Virus record (IMG/VR): IMGVR_UViG_3300028591_000145
Reading direction: 5' to 3' (one strand)
Length of the DNA: 64,000 nucleotides
Origin: an uncultured virus (IMG/VR IMGVR_UViG_3300028591_000145)
Taxonomy: Duplodnaviria > Heunggongvirae > Uroviricota > Caudoviricetes
Under the pieces are notes generated by a model. It ran no database searches, was not told the DNA's origin, and saw only the letters and a list, made by a program, of their open reading frames with translations. Shown in pieces: positions 39,010-50,319 of this stretch; positions within the stretch are counted from its first letter, which is position 1; each line of letters starts with the position of its first letter. The translations under genes and the position numbers were made by a program.

Positions 39010-42000
39010 TTACTGAGATGTGTATGTTTTTAATTTATAACCAGATCGAGTTGCTAAATATTTGCCACTTCTTGTTGTGAGGTATTTGTTAGAATATGTT
39101 ACAAGTCTCCCTATTACAGTTCCGCCATATCCTAATTGAGATTTATTGACAATGCATGTTTTACCGTGTTCCAACAGCCTCTCGCCATCTTCTGTGCGTA
39201 TATACCAACTAAACCAAGCACTAGGCATAGTATCTGTAATATCATTACCTGCCTGATAAACAACTGCGCTAAAATATGCTGTCTGATGATCGTCTGACCA
39301 TGTATACGGCGTTTGATACAATAATGAACCATTGGTCAAACCCACTAAATCGCTTTGTGTCTGTCCTAAACTGACTCTAAGCCCATCTATTCCGGTTGAC
39401 ACTTCTCCGTACTTAGTATTTAAAGTTTGTGTTTTTTGTCTTATATTTTCAACATCTGACTGAATTTCATCTGCATCAGCAATAACTACAACTGAAATCG
39501 TATCTAAAGTATTTTCTCCGGTTTGAGAATCAGAAATTAAACACCTGATTGATTTAATTGACGGATCAACAGGAGAATAAGACTTAGTAGTTTCTGCTTT
39601 TTGTGATACATACACAGTGTTATATAGTATACCGTCATTTGAAGTCTCGATTTTAAAATATCCGTTAAAATCAGTTGTAACATTTCCATTTGTTTTGATT
39701 GCAGAAAAAGTTACGGACGAAGGAGTTAATACATTTGCATTGTTTCTTTGTATTGCCAACACAGATGCAAGAAGTTTATATGATGTTCCGACTTGACCAT
39801 CAGGAGATTTACTAATAGAAAATCTCTTCTGTAAATGTGCCGCACCTGTGTTTAATTTTAACTTTTTACCGCTTCTAGTAGTATAGACATTTCCAGACCT
39901 CGATGTAAGAAAATTTAATCTCGCACCATATGTTGAAAAGAAATCAACATATCCGTCCATACCTGACAACCCTGTGATTTGATATACTTTTGTTGTATTA
40001 TTCCAAGTGCCTGTAACTGTATTAGATGGAACGCATTCAATTAAAGCCTGAGTAGTAACATCTGTGTCACCAACATAAACCATAACTTGAGTATTAGCAT
40101 CTGAATAATCGCCACCTGTTCCGTCATTATAAGTATGAACAACATGTGCTTCATTCGTAAGGGTTATGACCATTCCTTCCAGAGTATCAATACCTGAGAT
40201 CATTTCTCTTACTGCTATCAAACCACTTGTAGCTGTATTCGCTTCGTTTTTAGCTTGCAGCGCAAGATCATTTGTAGAATCAATACTGCTAGTTATTTGC
40301 GAATAAATCTGATTTAATGTTTGACTTGTATCGTCAAAATATATTAGTGATGAACTAAAACCGCCCTGTTCGATAGCACCTTTTACAGAACTAATATTTA
40401 GCTTATCTGCACCAATGCCTGAATAATTATTGCTTACTGGCGATATCATATTATTGACAATAATGCCATTAGGTATACCATTTGCAGTTATTCCATTATT
40501 ATACCATATTGCATTTCCATTTTCATCAAATATTGCAAAAGAATAATCATTATTTGCATCTTTTCCTAATTGCAGACGTACTATATTGTTATCGTCTTTA
40601 AATTGTTGAACACTTCCATTTATAAGCAAACTTCCGTCTGTTGATGAAATGGTAACATTGTCAGTATTAATATTGCCTGTGACAAGATTTTGTATCGTTG
40701 CATAATTGGCAAATAACTTATCAGAAAATGACGTTGAAATATTTGAATTCTGTGCTGTTAATGTTATAGCTTGTAAAGAACCAACTCCTGCATTACCAGA
40801 AAGTAATGTTGAAATATTAGCGTAACCTGATTGTAAAGTTGTGATATTCGCAGAAATCGCAGCAAGGTCATATACACGCAGTTCATTGATTGCTGCATTT
40901 GTTGCTGTAAAATTATCAGCAGTAGCTTCTTTAAATACTGCATAATCTGCTGATAATATATTAAAATCGGATGCATCTGCTTCTAAATATTCAATCCTTG
41001 CGGTATGTGCATCTATACTATCAATTATAGTGGTTTCAGCATCTTTACGTGCAGCACGTTCTTCTGCAATAGATTCCAACATGCTCACATAGTTCTTAGT
41101 TTGCTGAGATGTACGCTGTATTCCAGTTTTTTCTGGATCAGCACCGGAACTAACTATTGTTTGCCTATTTCCTACGTGGAATGTTGTATGCGATATAATA
41201 ATTGCATATGAATGGCCTTTAATATCAAATATCTTGGCTATGTCACCTGCCTGTATAGACGGATCGCTTTGAATAGACAATGACGCTTTTCTATATCTGA
41301 AACCATATAAATCTTGCTGCAACCATGTTGCTATTTCTCTGCCTTTATTATCTTGTACAAGTTTATTTCCTTCTATGCTTATTGTATAACCACTCGATCC
41401 TACTACATATCGTTCAATCTTCTTCTTATTTTCAGTTTCGTCAAATACTTCTTCGGAAACCGCAATTTGAGTTACAATAATATCATTTAGCGATACTATT
41501 GGCGAACCAAATGAAGATGTAAAAGTGTGTGCCGTACTAGGTACAGACCCACCATTGATTATCTGGTTTAATCCGTCAGAATCATACCAAATAGATTTTA
41601 AATACCCGTCTGAATCAATTCTAAAGCATACACCAGATATTTGACCTGCCCATGCAAGTAATTCCCGAAATGTTGTCTGTGTAGGTTCTGGTTTCTCTTT
41701 TACAGAATAATTTCCATGTGGGATTGATATAGGAGAGTGATAAGGAACATTACAAACTGTACAAGCGTCTTCAATAATACTATTTAATGTGGCAGGATAA
41801 TGCATATTTGAATAGCTTATCAGTTTGTCGAATTTTGTCATATTATCATAGGCTGTTAATGTTATGATCAATCCGTTATAAGACGCATCATCAACATAAT
41901 ATTCACCCATTTTTATGTCTTCAACTTCATTGTTGATTAAAAGTCCTATATGGGGAACTATTTTAGCCTTTTCAAAGATAACACTATTGTACTGTCCATT

Positions 42001-42243
42001 TATATTTTCTATGTTTATACGGCACTCATTTATGATCGCGCTACCTATGTCTAAAGAATTATCTGAAGATGTTGCTTCGTCAATGTAAATACCACCATCC
42101 CATAGATTTGAATTTGTTAAAACTAAATCAGTTCCGTCCTGTAGTGTTATATATACAGTTTCTATGTAATCCCTACGGTCTGAAGTATAAAGAAGTGATT
42201 TAAAATCGTTTGATATTGTTCTCACAAATACATCACCTCTCAA
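39010..42243 (-). CDS. Baseplate hub / minor tail protein
   Basis: Follows Dit; IGSAI, YPATL, P.IQAGD motifs, coiled coil, repeated LTTRSG motifs. Confidence 0.8.
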   Translation of the reverse strand: MRGDVFVRTISNDFKSLLYTSDRRDYIETVYITLQDGTDLVLTNSNLWDGGIYIDEATSSDNSLDIGSAIINECRINIENINGQYNSVIFEKAKIVPHIGLLINNEVEDIKMGEYYVDDASYNGLIITLTAYDNMTKFDKLISYSNMHYPATLNSIIEDACTVCNVPYHSPISIPHGNYSVKEKPEPTQTTFRELLAWAGQISGVCFRIDSDGYLKSIWYDSDGLNQIINGGSVPSTAHTFTSSFGSPIVSLNDIIVTQIAVSEEVFDETENKKKIERYVVGSSGYTISIEGNKLVQDNKGREIATWLQQDLYGFRYRKASLSIQSDPSIQAGDIAKIFDIKGHSYAIIISHTTFHVGNRQTIVSSGADPEKTGIQRTSQQTKNYVSMLESIAEERAARKDAETTIIDSIDAHTARIEYLEADASDFNILSADYAVFKEATADNFTATNAAINELRVYDLAAISANITTLQSGYANISTLLSGNAGVGSLQAITLTAQNSNISTSFSDKLFANYATIQNLVTGNINTDNVTISSTDGSLLINGSVQQFKDDNNIVRLQLGKDANNDYSFAIFDENGNAIWYNNGITANGIPNGIIVNNMISPVSNNYSGIGADKLNISSVKGAIEQGGFSSSLIYFDDTSQTLNQIYSQITSSIDSTNDLALQAKNEANTATSGLIAVREMISGIDTLEGMVITLTNEAHVVHTYNDGTGGDYSDANTQVMVYVGDTDVTTQALIECVPSNTVTGTWNNTTKVYQITGLSGMDGYVDFFSTYGARLNFLTSRSGNVYTTRSGKKLKLNTGAAHLQKRFSISKSPDGQVGTSYKLLASVLAIQRNNANVLTPSSVTFSAIKTNGNVTTDFNGYFKIETSNDGILYNTVYVSQKAETTKSYSPVDPSIKSIRCLISDSQTGENTLDTISVVVIADADEIQSDVENIRQKTQTLNTKYGEVSTGIDGLRVSLGQTQSDLVGLTNGSLLYQTPYTWSDDHQTAYFSAVVYQAGNDITDTMPSAWFSWYIRTEDGERLLEHGKTCIVNKSQLGYGGTVIGRLVTYSNKYLTTRSGKYLATRSGYKLKTYTSQ

Positions 42244-42592
42244 TCAAATAAAAAGTAAGTGATTCTAATATATGCTTACCGTCATACCACCATTTAAAAG
42301 GCGAAGTCCTATCGGAAACATAAAATGTTCGTGTTTGAGTTCCTTCTAACAAATCATAGTATGTAACATCTATATATTCAGGGTTTATGGCTTGCAATAC
42401 AGTTTGAGCATCACTGTCATTTATTCCGTTATATCCTACCTGTATTTTCCGTTTTTGGCCTACTCTATTTTTGTGCATAATAGTATCGTCTGTTCTGCCT
42501 GATTCTCCTGCACTTATATCCATTAAGCCCCAAGACCATGTAGAAGGACATGGCATTGTATTTCCATTGACTTTCCAAAAAACTGTTGACAT
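42233..42592 (-). CDS. Distal tail protein-like
   Basis: Directly after the TMP; P.PS...W...D.S..ESGR; start MSTVFWKV after GAGG RBS. Confidence 0.75.
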   Translation of the reverse strand: MSTVFWKVNGNTMPCPSTWSWGLMDISAGESGRTDDTIMHKNRVGQKRKIQVGYNGINDSDAQTVLQAINPEYIDVTYYDLLEGTQTRTFYVSDRTSPFKWWYDGKHILESLTFYLIER

Positions 42593-42606
42593 ATGCTTTA
42601 CCTCGA

Positions 42607-42640
42607 AAAAAAGAAACCGCTTGGTTATACAAGCGGCTCC
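42607..42640 (-). terminator. Terminator-like hairpin after the TMP gene
   Basis: GAGCCGCTTG-loop-CAAGCGGTTTC followed by T7. Confidence 0.65.
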
Positions 42641-42651
42641 TTTAATGAATA

Positions 42652-45600
42652 TCAATATTGTGCTGTTGGATTATTTCTGTATTGAACAGATGACCTTCCA
42701 CGCTCAACTGCCCTGAATAATACTTCATCATTTTCAGTCTTACATACAACATTGATGATTGGTTGTTGTTGGTTGTTCTGGTTTGCCATCATAGCACGTA
42801 CATAGCCTTGCGCTACTGCGTCAATAAGTGACTGTTCATCTAAACCAATTCCAGAAGAATTAGCAGTAATTGCATCTGCAATCATTCCCATTGTACGTCT
42901 ATTTGTAAGTGGAATAACCGCTTCGTCACCTGCTTCACCGATACCAACGATTGACGGGTCTGTAAAAAGACCACCTTTAGCAAACCAAGGATATTCAACT
43001 GAAAATTTCGGAATATCGACCCAATTTTGTCCATTATTATAATATTTAGTTTCCCACTCTACGTTAATTGTAGGTATCATTAACTTTGCACTATTTAATC
43101 CTTCTTGCAATGCATTTATAATATTTTCTCCTGCTGTTTTAAATTCTTCTGCTATATCAGATAAATTGCCCAGAAAATCATCGAATTTACTACTAATATC
43201 ATTAAATATTTCAGAGACATCATCACGACTACTATTTAATCCAGAAACTAATCCATTGCTAATGCCACTTGCTTCTTCCTCAGTTTTATCTTTGACAAGT
43301 TCAATAAATTTTACAAATTCAGTTAATGAAGTAGCAATATCGACAATAACACGGTCAAGTTCGTCTTTTCTTGAGTCCATTCCTTCGACAAGTTTACCCG
43401 TGATCATTTCTCCTTGCCTGTATGCTGAGTTCGCAATCTCGCTTACCGATTCGGCAAATTTATCAAATATGCCTTTGATTTTTTCTATCTGTTGGCTTAA
43501 AACATCTTCTTTTGACTGCATTCCGTTAACAAGTTTTTCAACTGCTTCAGAACCACCCTTTTCAAGTGATGATTTGAGATTATTAACTAATGTTTCTGCT
43601 TTCGTTGTCATTGATGTGGCAAAACTTTCTAAAGCATTAAGCACATCAGGCTCTTTATTTTTTATCCCTTCAGATACACCTAGTGGAATATTTTCCGCCA
43701 TTTCAGAATAGACAGTTGATGGAGAATGTATGCCGTTATGTAATGCAAATTTCTCTTGCATCATTTCAGACATTTGCTGAACCATATCTACAGGTTCTTG
43801 CTGTTTTTCATCAATGCCAGTGCTAATTCCTTTCGGGATTTCTTCAGCAGAAGACTTATAATTAGGAAGATTCGTTCTGAATGTTGCTAATGCTTTACTC
43901 GCTAAAGTCTGGATTGCATTTGTAAGAACACTTCCTTTATCATCTACAGCTTTGCCAGTCTCATCAATATTTGTCTCCATTGTAGAATAATACTGATCTT
44001 TCTGTCCGAAACTTGCAAGAAATTTTGAAGCAAGTCCACCAATGATAGGAAGTAGTGTTTCTATCAATGACGGAGATTTTCCAGTAGCTTCGTTATATGC
44101 ATCTGTATGCCCTGTAGCAGTTTCAGCAAGTTCACCTGCTGTTTTAACGGAATTACCATATTCATCGACTTTGCTTTTTGTAGAGTCAAATGCTTCGCCA
44201 GAATTGTTTACACTTGTTATAAGAGCATCGAATGCACCTTCTTCAAGATAATTGTCAATTTTATTTCGAAGTGTTTCAACACTTAGACCTTGCTCTTCCC
44301 ATTTGTTTTTAGCTTCATCTAATGCTACACCAACATCTGTTCCAAACCTTTGTGCGCTTTCAATATTTTCAGCGAGTGACTGGCTGACTATAAGCCCTTG
44401 CGCTCCAAATTCTGCACCTGCATCTGTAATTCCTCTGCGAATTCCATTGAATGCTTCTTCACCAGTAACTCCAAGTTGGCTTAATGCATCTCCGGAAGTA
44501 CCTGCCGTTTCTGGCATTTCTGATATAAGATCGAGCAATGTTTGCACTTGATTTTCATTAAGACCACCTAACCGTTCTCCAAGACTTGCAATTATGCCTT
44601 TTGCTTCTTCTGCTGAAACATTGCTCTTCTGTAATGCTTCAACAAATTTCTGCCCGAATTCTTCTGAAGTAATTTTATTTAATTCTAAATCTTCTTTTAG
44701 ATGGAATAATTCCTCTCTCAATTCAGGTGTGATTTTATTCATTCCACCTAATTCATTTACAAGAGAATCAATAGCTGCACCTGTTTCAGTAAGTATGCCA
44801 TTGCCACCTCGAAGTAAATCGTATAATTCAGCAACGGCTTTTGATGCAGCAGCTATAGCACCTATAAGCCCCGCAGGACTCATAATGGCTGTTTTAATAC
44901 TATTAAATATTGCTCCACCTGATGTAACGACTGATTCTGAAGCCCCTACACCTGTAAAAATTTTAGACAATTCCTTTTCGAGAGTAGATTTCAACGCACA
45001 TCCTGCCAATATAATAGGAATTTTTTCAATTATCTTCGCAGTTGCCGCTGCGCCTACAAGGAGTGCGAGATCACCCCAATCTATTTCTTTAAAAATTGTG
45101 ACAAGTGATTCTCCAATCTCACCTTTATGTTCTGAAAGCCCAGATATAACCCCACGTATAAGGAAAAGGAAAGCGTCTACTAAATCATTAAATGCCTGTG
45201 CTAAATCTTTCCCGTTTTCTTTATTCCCTATAATTTGACTAAATGCATCACCGAATTTTTTTCCTAAATCAAACCACATAGAAGGATCACCGAAAGCGGT
45301 TGAAATATCATATGCTATTTTTTTAACTAGGTTATTTATAGAATCAACCATGTCTTCTGTTTTTACAGATTCAATAGCACTTTTTAGAGCGTCATGAATA
45401 GCTTGACCAATACCAGTTCCTTTTTTCAGTGCTTTATCTATATCGCTTTGAGATATATTATTAAAACTATACAGACCTTCTACTCTTACATCAGTTGTTC
45501 CAAGATTTGAAATAAATTCATTAAGGAAAGACCACGCTTTATTCCAAATCTCTGCAAGTCCAGTTCCTAAATCCTTCCAATGGATTCCGTTAATCATATC

Positions 45601-48600
45601 TGCAAATGCTTTTCCAATTTTATTGCCCGCCGTAACAACATCTAAATCAGCGAAGAATGACCTTATAGAATCAATTATGCCGTTTAATCCCGTATAAACT
45701 GTAGATGCAATAAAATCAAAATTTACAGTGTCGATAAGAGAATTGATACCTTTTGCAAACATTGATCCAAGTTCTTTCCAGTTGAAATTGGATACAAAAT
45801 TATATGCAACAGTAAATAATCCATTAAGAACATTCCCTAATGCAGTACCAATTTTATTTATATCAATTTGGCTTATTAACAGATTTGCATTTTTTGCAAG
45901 TTTTCTACCTGCGTTCGCCCATTTGAAATTCTCAGCAAATCTATTTACAGCATCAGCTATTCCGTTTAGTCCATGTGAAAGCATATTCGCTAAAGATTCT
46001 AAGTCTACTTTATCAACAAAAGCATTAGCACCTTCTGCAAGTTTTTCACCAAGATTACCCCAGTCAAACCTTTTTGCGAATCCTTCTGCTGTTTGCCAGA
46101 TCATGTTTAATTTATTAGCGAAGAAATTACCTATCTCATCAAATGGAACAGCTTCTACTAGACTATTTGCTCCGTTCGCTAATTGTTCTCCTAGCCGTTT
46201 CCAGTCAATGCCCTCAATAAATCTATTGACGGAACTGATTACTACGTCAATTCCTTCACCGATTAAAGTTCCAATATCTTCGAAATCAATCTCGTCAATA
46301 AGTCCGTTAAATGATTCGGTAAATGCATCTATCCAATATCCAATCTTTTCCTTTACTTCAGTTGGATTGAATATTTTAAGAAGATAGTCGATAAAATCAT
46401 TTATTCCTTTTGCTACTTCTCTGCCAAGTCCATCCCAATTTCTCTTATCGAACTGTTCTTTGATACGTTTTGCCCATTCGCTGACGTAATCTTCAAGTTT
46501 CTTTAACGGAGATTCTAGTCCGTCAAAATCCAAATCAAACATATCGCCCATCATCTCATCGAAATTTCCGATATTTGGCGTATATGTTCCACTTGAAGGT
46601 TCTTTTTCTTTTTTTGTATCTGTTGAATTCTGAATATCTTTTGATAATTGATTCAGTTCATCGAACGGAAGTACAGATAGGTCTTTTGCTAATTTCTTTG
46701 TTGCTTCATCTGCATCTGCGAATCCATCAGCTATGCCACTTGCGCTATCTGACATACCGTCAAGTTCGTCTTGTGCTTCATCCATGCCGTAATCTTCAAA
46801 AGTAAATCCACCTGATCCACCTTTGTATTTTCCGAAAAGTGTCTGCATGAATGTTGAAAACGCTTTAGCAACTACAAGGACTTTTTCAAGAAGTTTATTA
46901 AGTAGAATTACCACATGTCTAATTGCAGCAGCAAAACCAACTCCTAGTTCCGTTGTGATTGACTCGAAATTTGCGCGAAGAATTCTAATGCCGTTTGCCA
47001 ACGACTCTGAAGTACGTTGAAAGTCCCCGGCCTGCATAGCAGTATGGTCAAGTAGATACTGATAACGAAGCATCACCTTCTCAGCTTGTGTCATTTCAGT
47101 CCATGATTTAGTAATTCCTCTTGCTAAAGCATATTCTTTCAATGTGGCAACGCTGAGATCAATGCCTAAGCTACGTAATGGTCGCACCATCCCGGCAAGT
47201 CCTGCTTGAATCTTCTGGTACGCATCGGCTGTATCAATATTATAGAAAGCGGATAAATCACCTGCTAATTCGACCATTTTTACAGCCATTACAGATGAAT
47301 TATCTGAAGAAATATTCGATGCTTTGAACATTGCATTCAAAGTACCTGCGTACTGTTTAGCAGCACCTTTTGCGATACCGAATTGTTTGATAGCATTGTC
47401 TGCCCAATCATTTATGTATCCGGTCATATTTTCACCGAATACTGATTCTATAATATGGTCAATTTCTGTAATATCGCCGCCTAGCTTCAATGCTTCTTTA
47501 GACCAGTTAAATACACCTGTTATACCACGAAAACCAATTACCGTGGCTAAAAGGTTTTTCAGACTGAAGTGCATTGAATCCACACTACTTTTTGATTTTG
47601 ATAAATCTTTTATTTTGTTTGAAAATGACTGAATTGCATTTACAGCATTAGTGCCTATGCCTTTTGCAATTTTTGCAGTACCAGATAAAATACCTTTGTA
47701 TGTATCTGCTACTATGATGCCTAACTTCTTAAACAATGATGAAAGCGTTTTTACTGAATCACCAAATACCTTTAATATTTGGTTAGCCCGTTTGATTGTG
47801 GAATTCCCGTTATGTACATTATTTTTAAACGATTCGATAGATGTACCTGCACGTTTACCACTCATAGAAATCTGAGCAAGCGCATTTGCAGTTTGTGCTA
47901 CATTATCTGATATAGTGATATTTGACAAATAATCAAAGAAACTTTGTACTTCAACAGCTAACTGCGGAAATACTTTCACAGTCTCAGATAGTTTTTGAGT
48001 GCTGCGTAAGAATGATGAAATTGACTTAAAGATATTGACTGATTCTGGATCAATTTGGCTAATCTTGTCTAACTGTTTGAATAATTCATCCATCGAATTA
48101 ATATCGAAGTTCTTGCTTTCAGTTGACAACCTAGCGAATGCATTTATAAACGATGTAATACCACCAGTTTTTAAATCAACACTTTGTAAGTTCTGAAGTT
48201 GTTTTCTCAGTGTGTCTACATCGCCTGAAACTTGTGAAATATCTTTTATCTGTAATCCTTCAAATGAATTTTTCAACTCTTGTTTAAGATTAGAAGTATC
48301 AACTCCAAGTTTTACATTGATTTTTCCATAATCCTTTTTCGCAGCTTCATTTATCGCTCTTTCTATTTGAGTAACAAATCTGTTTGGGTCAATTTTTAAA
48401 TCAAGTGGGATAGTTTTAGCAGATTTTTGCATATTGGATGCAATCGTGCTATTTACTCCATCTATTGCTTTTACATAAGAATCGTTTACAGAATTAAAGA
48501 CGTTTGTTTTAATCTTTGATATTTCATTTGGGTCAAACAATGAAATTGTTTTATTTGCAAGTTCATCTTTTGTAAAACGAATCTTTTCAAGCAATGCATA

Positions 48601-49404
48601 AACTTGATCTTCTTCATTTTCAATATCACGTATATTCATCATGATACCGGGGAAGTTGCTTATCATATCTTCCCAAATGGTATCTATGTTTTTTCCACTT
48701 TTTTGATTGAAAAACAGTTGTCTTTCTGTTCTTGATGTACTTTCGTTAAAATTTCTAGTATCTACGGCATCTGTTAATTTAATTTTATTCTGATTAACAT
48801 AAGCAAGAAAATCTTTATAAACTTCCTTCATCCCTGTAATGGATTCGTCAAATGATTCTCTTGCTACTTTTCCGTGTTCAATAATAAATTTAAAAACTTC
48901 TTCTGTATCGTTTAAATCGCCCATACGGTTTTTATCTACTGCTATGTTTTTACCCATTTGAGCGATCATATTTGTTAATTTATCCGCATCTGCGCCTTTA
49001 ATGTTATACGTATCAGCTAAATCTTTCGCTATACCATCTGTTATAGTATGAATATCTGACGCAGTTTTTTGAACAGCATATTTAAGCCTTTCTGCTTTAT
49101 CAAAACCACTAATTTCAAGTGAGAGATTTAATTTCTTATCTTGAAGATTTTTAAGGTCTATTCTGCTGAGTTTATCTAATTGGTCGATTGTTTTCGATAA
49201 ATCAGGCATTTTTAATCCATCTAATCCGGATAATGCCTTTATTACACTTCTTACATTGCCTACATTATTTCCAATCTTTTTTAATGGAGTATTTAGACCC
49301 ATTAAGGACGCGCACAGCCTGTCTATAGACTGTTCAGCCTTTGCGGAACTGGACGCTATTTCTATTTGTAGGCTATCTATAGTCATATCATTATTTTCTG
49401 CCAT
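42652..49404 (-). CDS. Tape measure protein (2250 aa)
   Basis: Very long helical ORF after the tail chaperones; periodic W/F repeats; C-terminal FAKGG...GEAGDEAVIPL. Confidence 0.93.
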   Translation of the reverse strand: MAENNDMTIDSLQIEIASSSAKAEQSIDRLCASLMGLNTPLKKIGNNVGNVRSVIKALSGLDGLKMPDLSKTIDQLDKLSRIDLKNLQDKKLNLSLEISGFDKAERLKYAVQKTASDIHTITDGIAKDLADTYNIKGADADKLTNMIAQMGKNIAVDKNRMGDLNDTEEVFKFIIEHGKVARESFDESITGMKEVYKDFLAYVNQNKIKLTDAVDTRNFNESTSRTERQLFFNQKSGKNIDTIWEDMISNFPGIMMNIRDIENEEDQVYALLEKIRFTKDELANKTISLFDPNEISKIKTNVFNSVNDSYVKAIDGVNSTIASNMQKSAKTIPLDLKIDPNRFVTQIERAINEAAKKDYGKINVKLGVDTSNLKQELKNSFEGLQIKDISQVSGDVDTLRKQLQNLQSVDLKTGGITSFINAFARLSTESKNFDINSMDELFKQLDKISQIDPESVNIFKSISSFLRSTQKLSETVKVFPQLAVEVQSFFDYLSNITISDNVAQTANALAQISMSGKRAGTSIESFKNNVHNGNSTIKRANQILKVFGDSVKTLSSLFKKLGIIVADTYKGILSGTAKIAKGIGTNAVNAIQSFSNKIKDLSKSKSSVDSMHFSLKNLLATVIGFRGITGVFNWSKEALKLGGDITEIDHIIESVFGENMTGYINDWADNAIKQFGIAKGAAKQYAGTLNAMFKASNISSDNSSVMAVKMVELAGDLSAFYNIDTADAYQKIQAGLAGMVRPLRSLGIDLSVATLKEYALARGITKSWTEMTQAEKVMLRYQYLLDHTAMQAGDFQRTSESLANGIRILRANFESITTELGVGFAAAIRHVVILLNKLLEKVLVVAKAFSTFMQTLFGKYKGGSGGFTFEDYGMDEAQDELDGMSDSASGIADGFADADEATKKLAKDLSVLPFDELNQLSKDIQNSTDTKKEKEPSSGTYTPNIGNFDEMMGDMFDLDFDGLESPLKKLEDYVSEWAKRIKEQFDKRNWDGLGREVAKGINDFIDYLLKIFNPTEVKEKIGYWIDAFTESFNGLIDEIDFEDIGTLIGEGIDVVISSVNRFIEGIDWKRLGEQLANGANSLVEAVPFDEIGNFFANKLNMIWQTAEGFAKRFDWGNLGEKLAEGANAFVDKVDLESLANMLSHGLNGIADAVNRFAENFKWANAGRKLAKNANLLISQIDINKIGTALGNVLNGLFTVAYNFVSNFNWKELGSMFAKGINSLIDTVNFDFIASTVYTGLNGIIDSIRSFFADLDVVTAGNKIGKAFADMINGIHWKDLGTGLAEIWNKAWSFLNEFISNLGTTDVRVEGLYSFNNISQSDIDKALKKGTGIGQAIHDALKSAIESVKTEDMVDSINNLVKKIAYDISTAFGDPSMWFDLGKKFGDAFSQIIGNKENGKDLAQAFNDLVDAFLFLIRGVISGLSEHKGEIGESLVTIFKEIDWGDLALLVGAAATAKIIEKIPIILAGCALKSTLEKELSKIFTGVGASESVVTSGGAIFNSIKTAIMSPAGLIGAIAAASKAVAELYDLLRGGNGILTETGAAIDSLVNELGGMNKITPELREELFHLKEDLELNKITSEEFGQKFVEALQKSNVSAEEAKGIIASLGERLGGLNENQVQTLLDLISEMPETAGTSGDALSQLGVTGEEAFNGIRRGITDAGAEFGAQGLIVSQSLAENIESAQRFGTDVGVALDEAKNKWEEQGLSVETLRNKIDNYLEEGAFDALITSVNNSGEAFDSTKSKVDEYGNSVKTAGELAETATGHTDAYNEATGKSPSLIETLLPIIGGLASKFLASFGQKDQYYSTMETNIDETGKAVDDKGSVLTNAIQTLASKALATFRTNLPNYKSSAEEIPKGISTGIDEKQQEPVDMVQQMSEMMQEKFALHNGIHSPSTVYSEMAENIPLGVSEGIKNKEPDVLNALESFATSMTTKAETLVNNLKSSLEKGGSEAVEKLVNGMQSKEDVLSQQIEKIKGIFDKFAESVSEIANSAYRQGEMITGKLVEGMDSRKDELDRVIVDIATSLTEFVKFIELVKDKTEEEASGISNGLVSGLNSSRDDVSEIFNDISSKFDDFLGNLSDIAEEFKTAGENIINALQEGLNSAKLMIPTINVEWETKYYNNGQNWVDIPKFSVEYPWFAKGGLFTDPSIVGIGEAGDEAVIPLTNRRTMGMIADAITANSSGIGLDEQSLIDAVAQGYVRAMMANQNNQQQPIINVVCKTENDEVLFRAVERGRSSVQYRNNPTAQY

Positions 49405-49445
49405 ATATACGCCCCCTTGATATACATATAAAAAGACGGTAGTAT

Positions 49446-49823
49446 TTAACTACCGTCACTCAATGTTTTTGGCACCGAAAACAATTCACGCATATTATCT
49501 GCAAATTGTTCTCTTATTTTATCTTTTTCGCTTTCAGACATATCTTCAGTAACTTCGATATTTATTTGAGGTTCATTTTTTTCGAGTGGTTTCTTAGGAT
49601 ATTTTACTTTCTTTCCATTTAAAGCACTTGCCACAGCCATTCTTACATAAAGACCGTTAAGCCATGCGGAGTATTCAATTTCCTCTGTTTTAATCTTGAT
49701 TTCACTTTTCTTTCGTGAATCATATTCTTGTATAAATATCTCAATATCATTCGGAGTGCTATGAAAATAATCATGCTTAGACATTCCACGACTAATCGCA
49801 GCTCTGTATAAGCGTCCAAGCAT
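49446..49823 (-). CDS. Tail assembly chaperone, gpT-like (-1 frameshift extension)
   Basis: In the -1 frame of 49823-50284 and open back to the slippery site; YPKKP motif. Confidence 0.8.
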   Translation of the reverse strand: MLGRLYRAAISRGMSKHDYFHSTPNDIEIFIQEYDSRKKSEIKIKTEEIEYSAWLNGLYVRMAVASALNGKKVKYPKKPLEKNEPQINIEVTEDMSESEKDKIREQFADNMRELFSVPKTLSDGS

Positions 49824-50284
49824 TACGCTTCTATAACTTTCATTTGCTTCTTCTTGTGATCCTGCGGCACTTTCTTTGGTTTCTTCTCGTTCGTCCCAAT
49901 TATACTGCTCATACCTACTAGATCGAAAAAACCATCTTCACCCATTTGATCAGCACATGTGGTGAAAAGATCATACCAGTTATCTATGCCACTTTCTTCA
50001 TCACGAAGCAACGCGACTGCAAGCCTTTTAGCAGTATTTATATCTGGAACTGTTTTATCACCATCTGGATGAGAGCCATGATGTTCAAGCAAACCTGCAT
50101 AGAAGCAAACCAATGCTGTGTACGGAATATCTGAAACTCCTGAAAGCATTTGCTTCATGTTATCGCCATTACTGAGATCAACAACCAATCCTGAAATCTT
50201 TTCAATGCATTCATGACAAAGCGATGCTTCAATTGTGAATTCAAGTTTATAATCTTTACCGTTGATAGTCATTGTTTTATACAT
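49823..50284 (-). CDS. Tail assembly chaperone, gpG-like
   Basis: Between the MTP and TMP genes; EDGFF encoded by GGTTTTTTC. Confidence 0.85.
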   Translation of the reverse strand: MYKTMTINGKDYKLEFTIEASLCHECIEKISGLVVDLSNGDNMKQMLSGVSDIPYTALVCFYAGLLEHHGSHPDGDKTVPDINTAKRLAVALLRDEESGIDNWYDLFTTCADQMGEDGFFDLVGMSSIIGTNEKKPKKVPQDHKKKQMKVIEA

Positions 50285-50319
50285 AAAGTGCGGCCTCCCG
50301 TATTTTTAATATATCTCTA

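Noticed and set aside
32301..42243. Second DGR target (another VR) in the other tail genes
   Set aside because: I saw no further copy of the TR constant segments (GCCGACCGCAAACGGACG, GGCTCGACCCTA) by eye; a BLASTN of TR against the whole genome would settle it
43166..48196. Long plus-strand ORFs opposite the tape measure gene (and similar antisense ORFs elsewhere)
   Set aside because: Shadow frames of strongly biased coding sequence; no RBS or recognisable motifs
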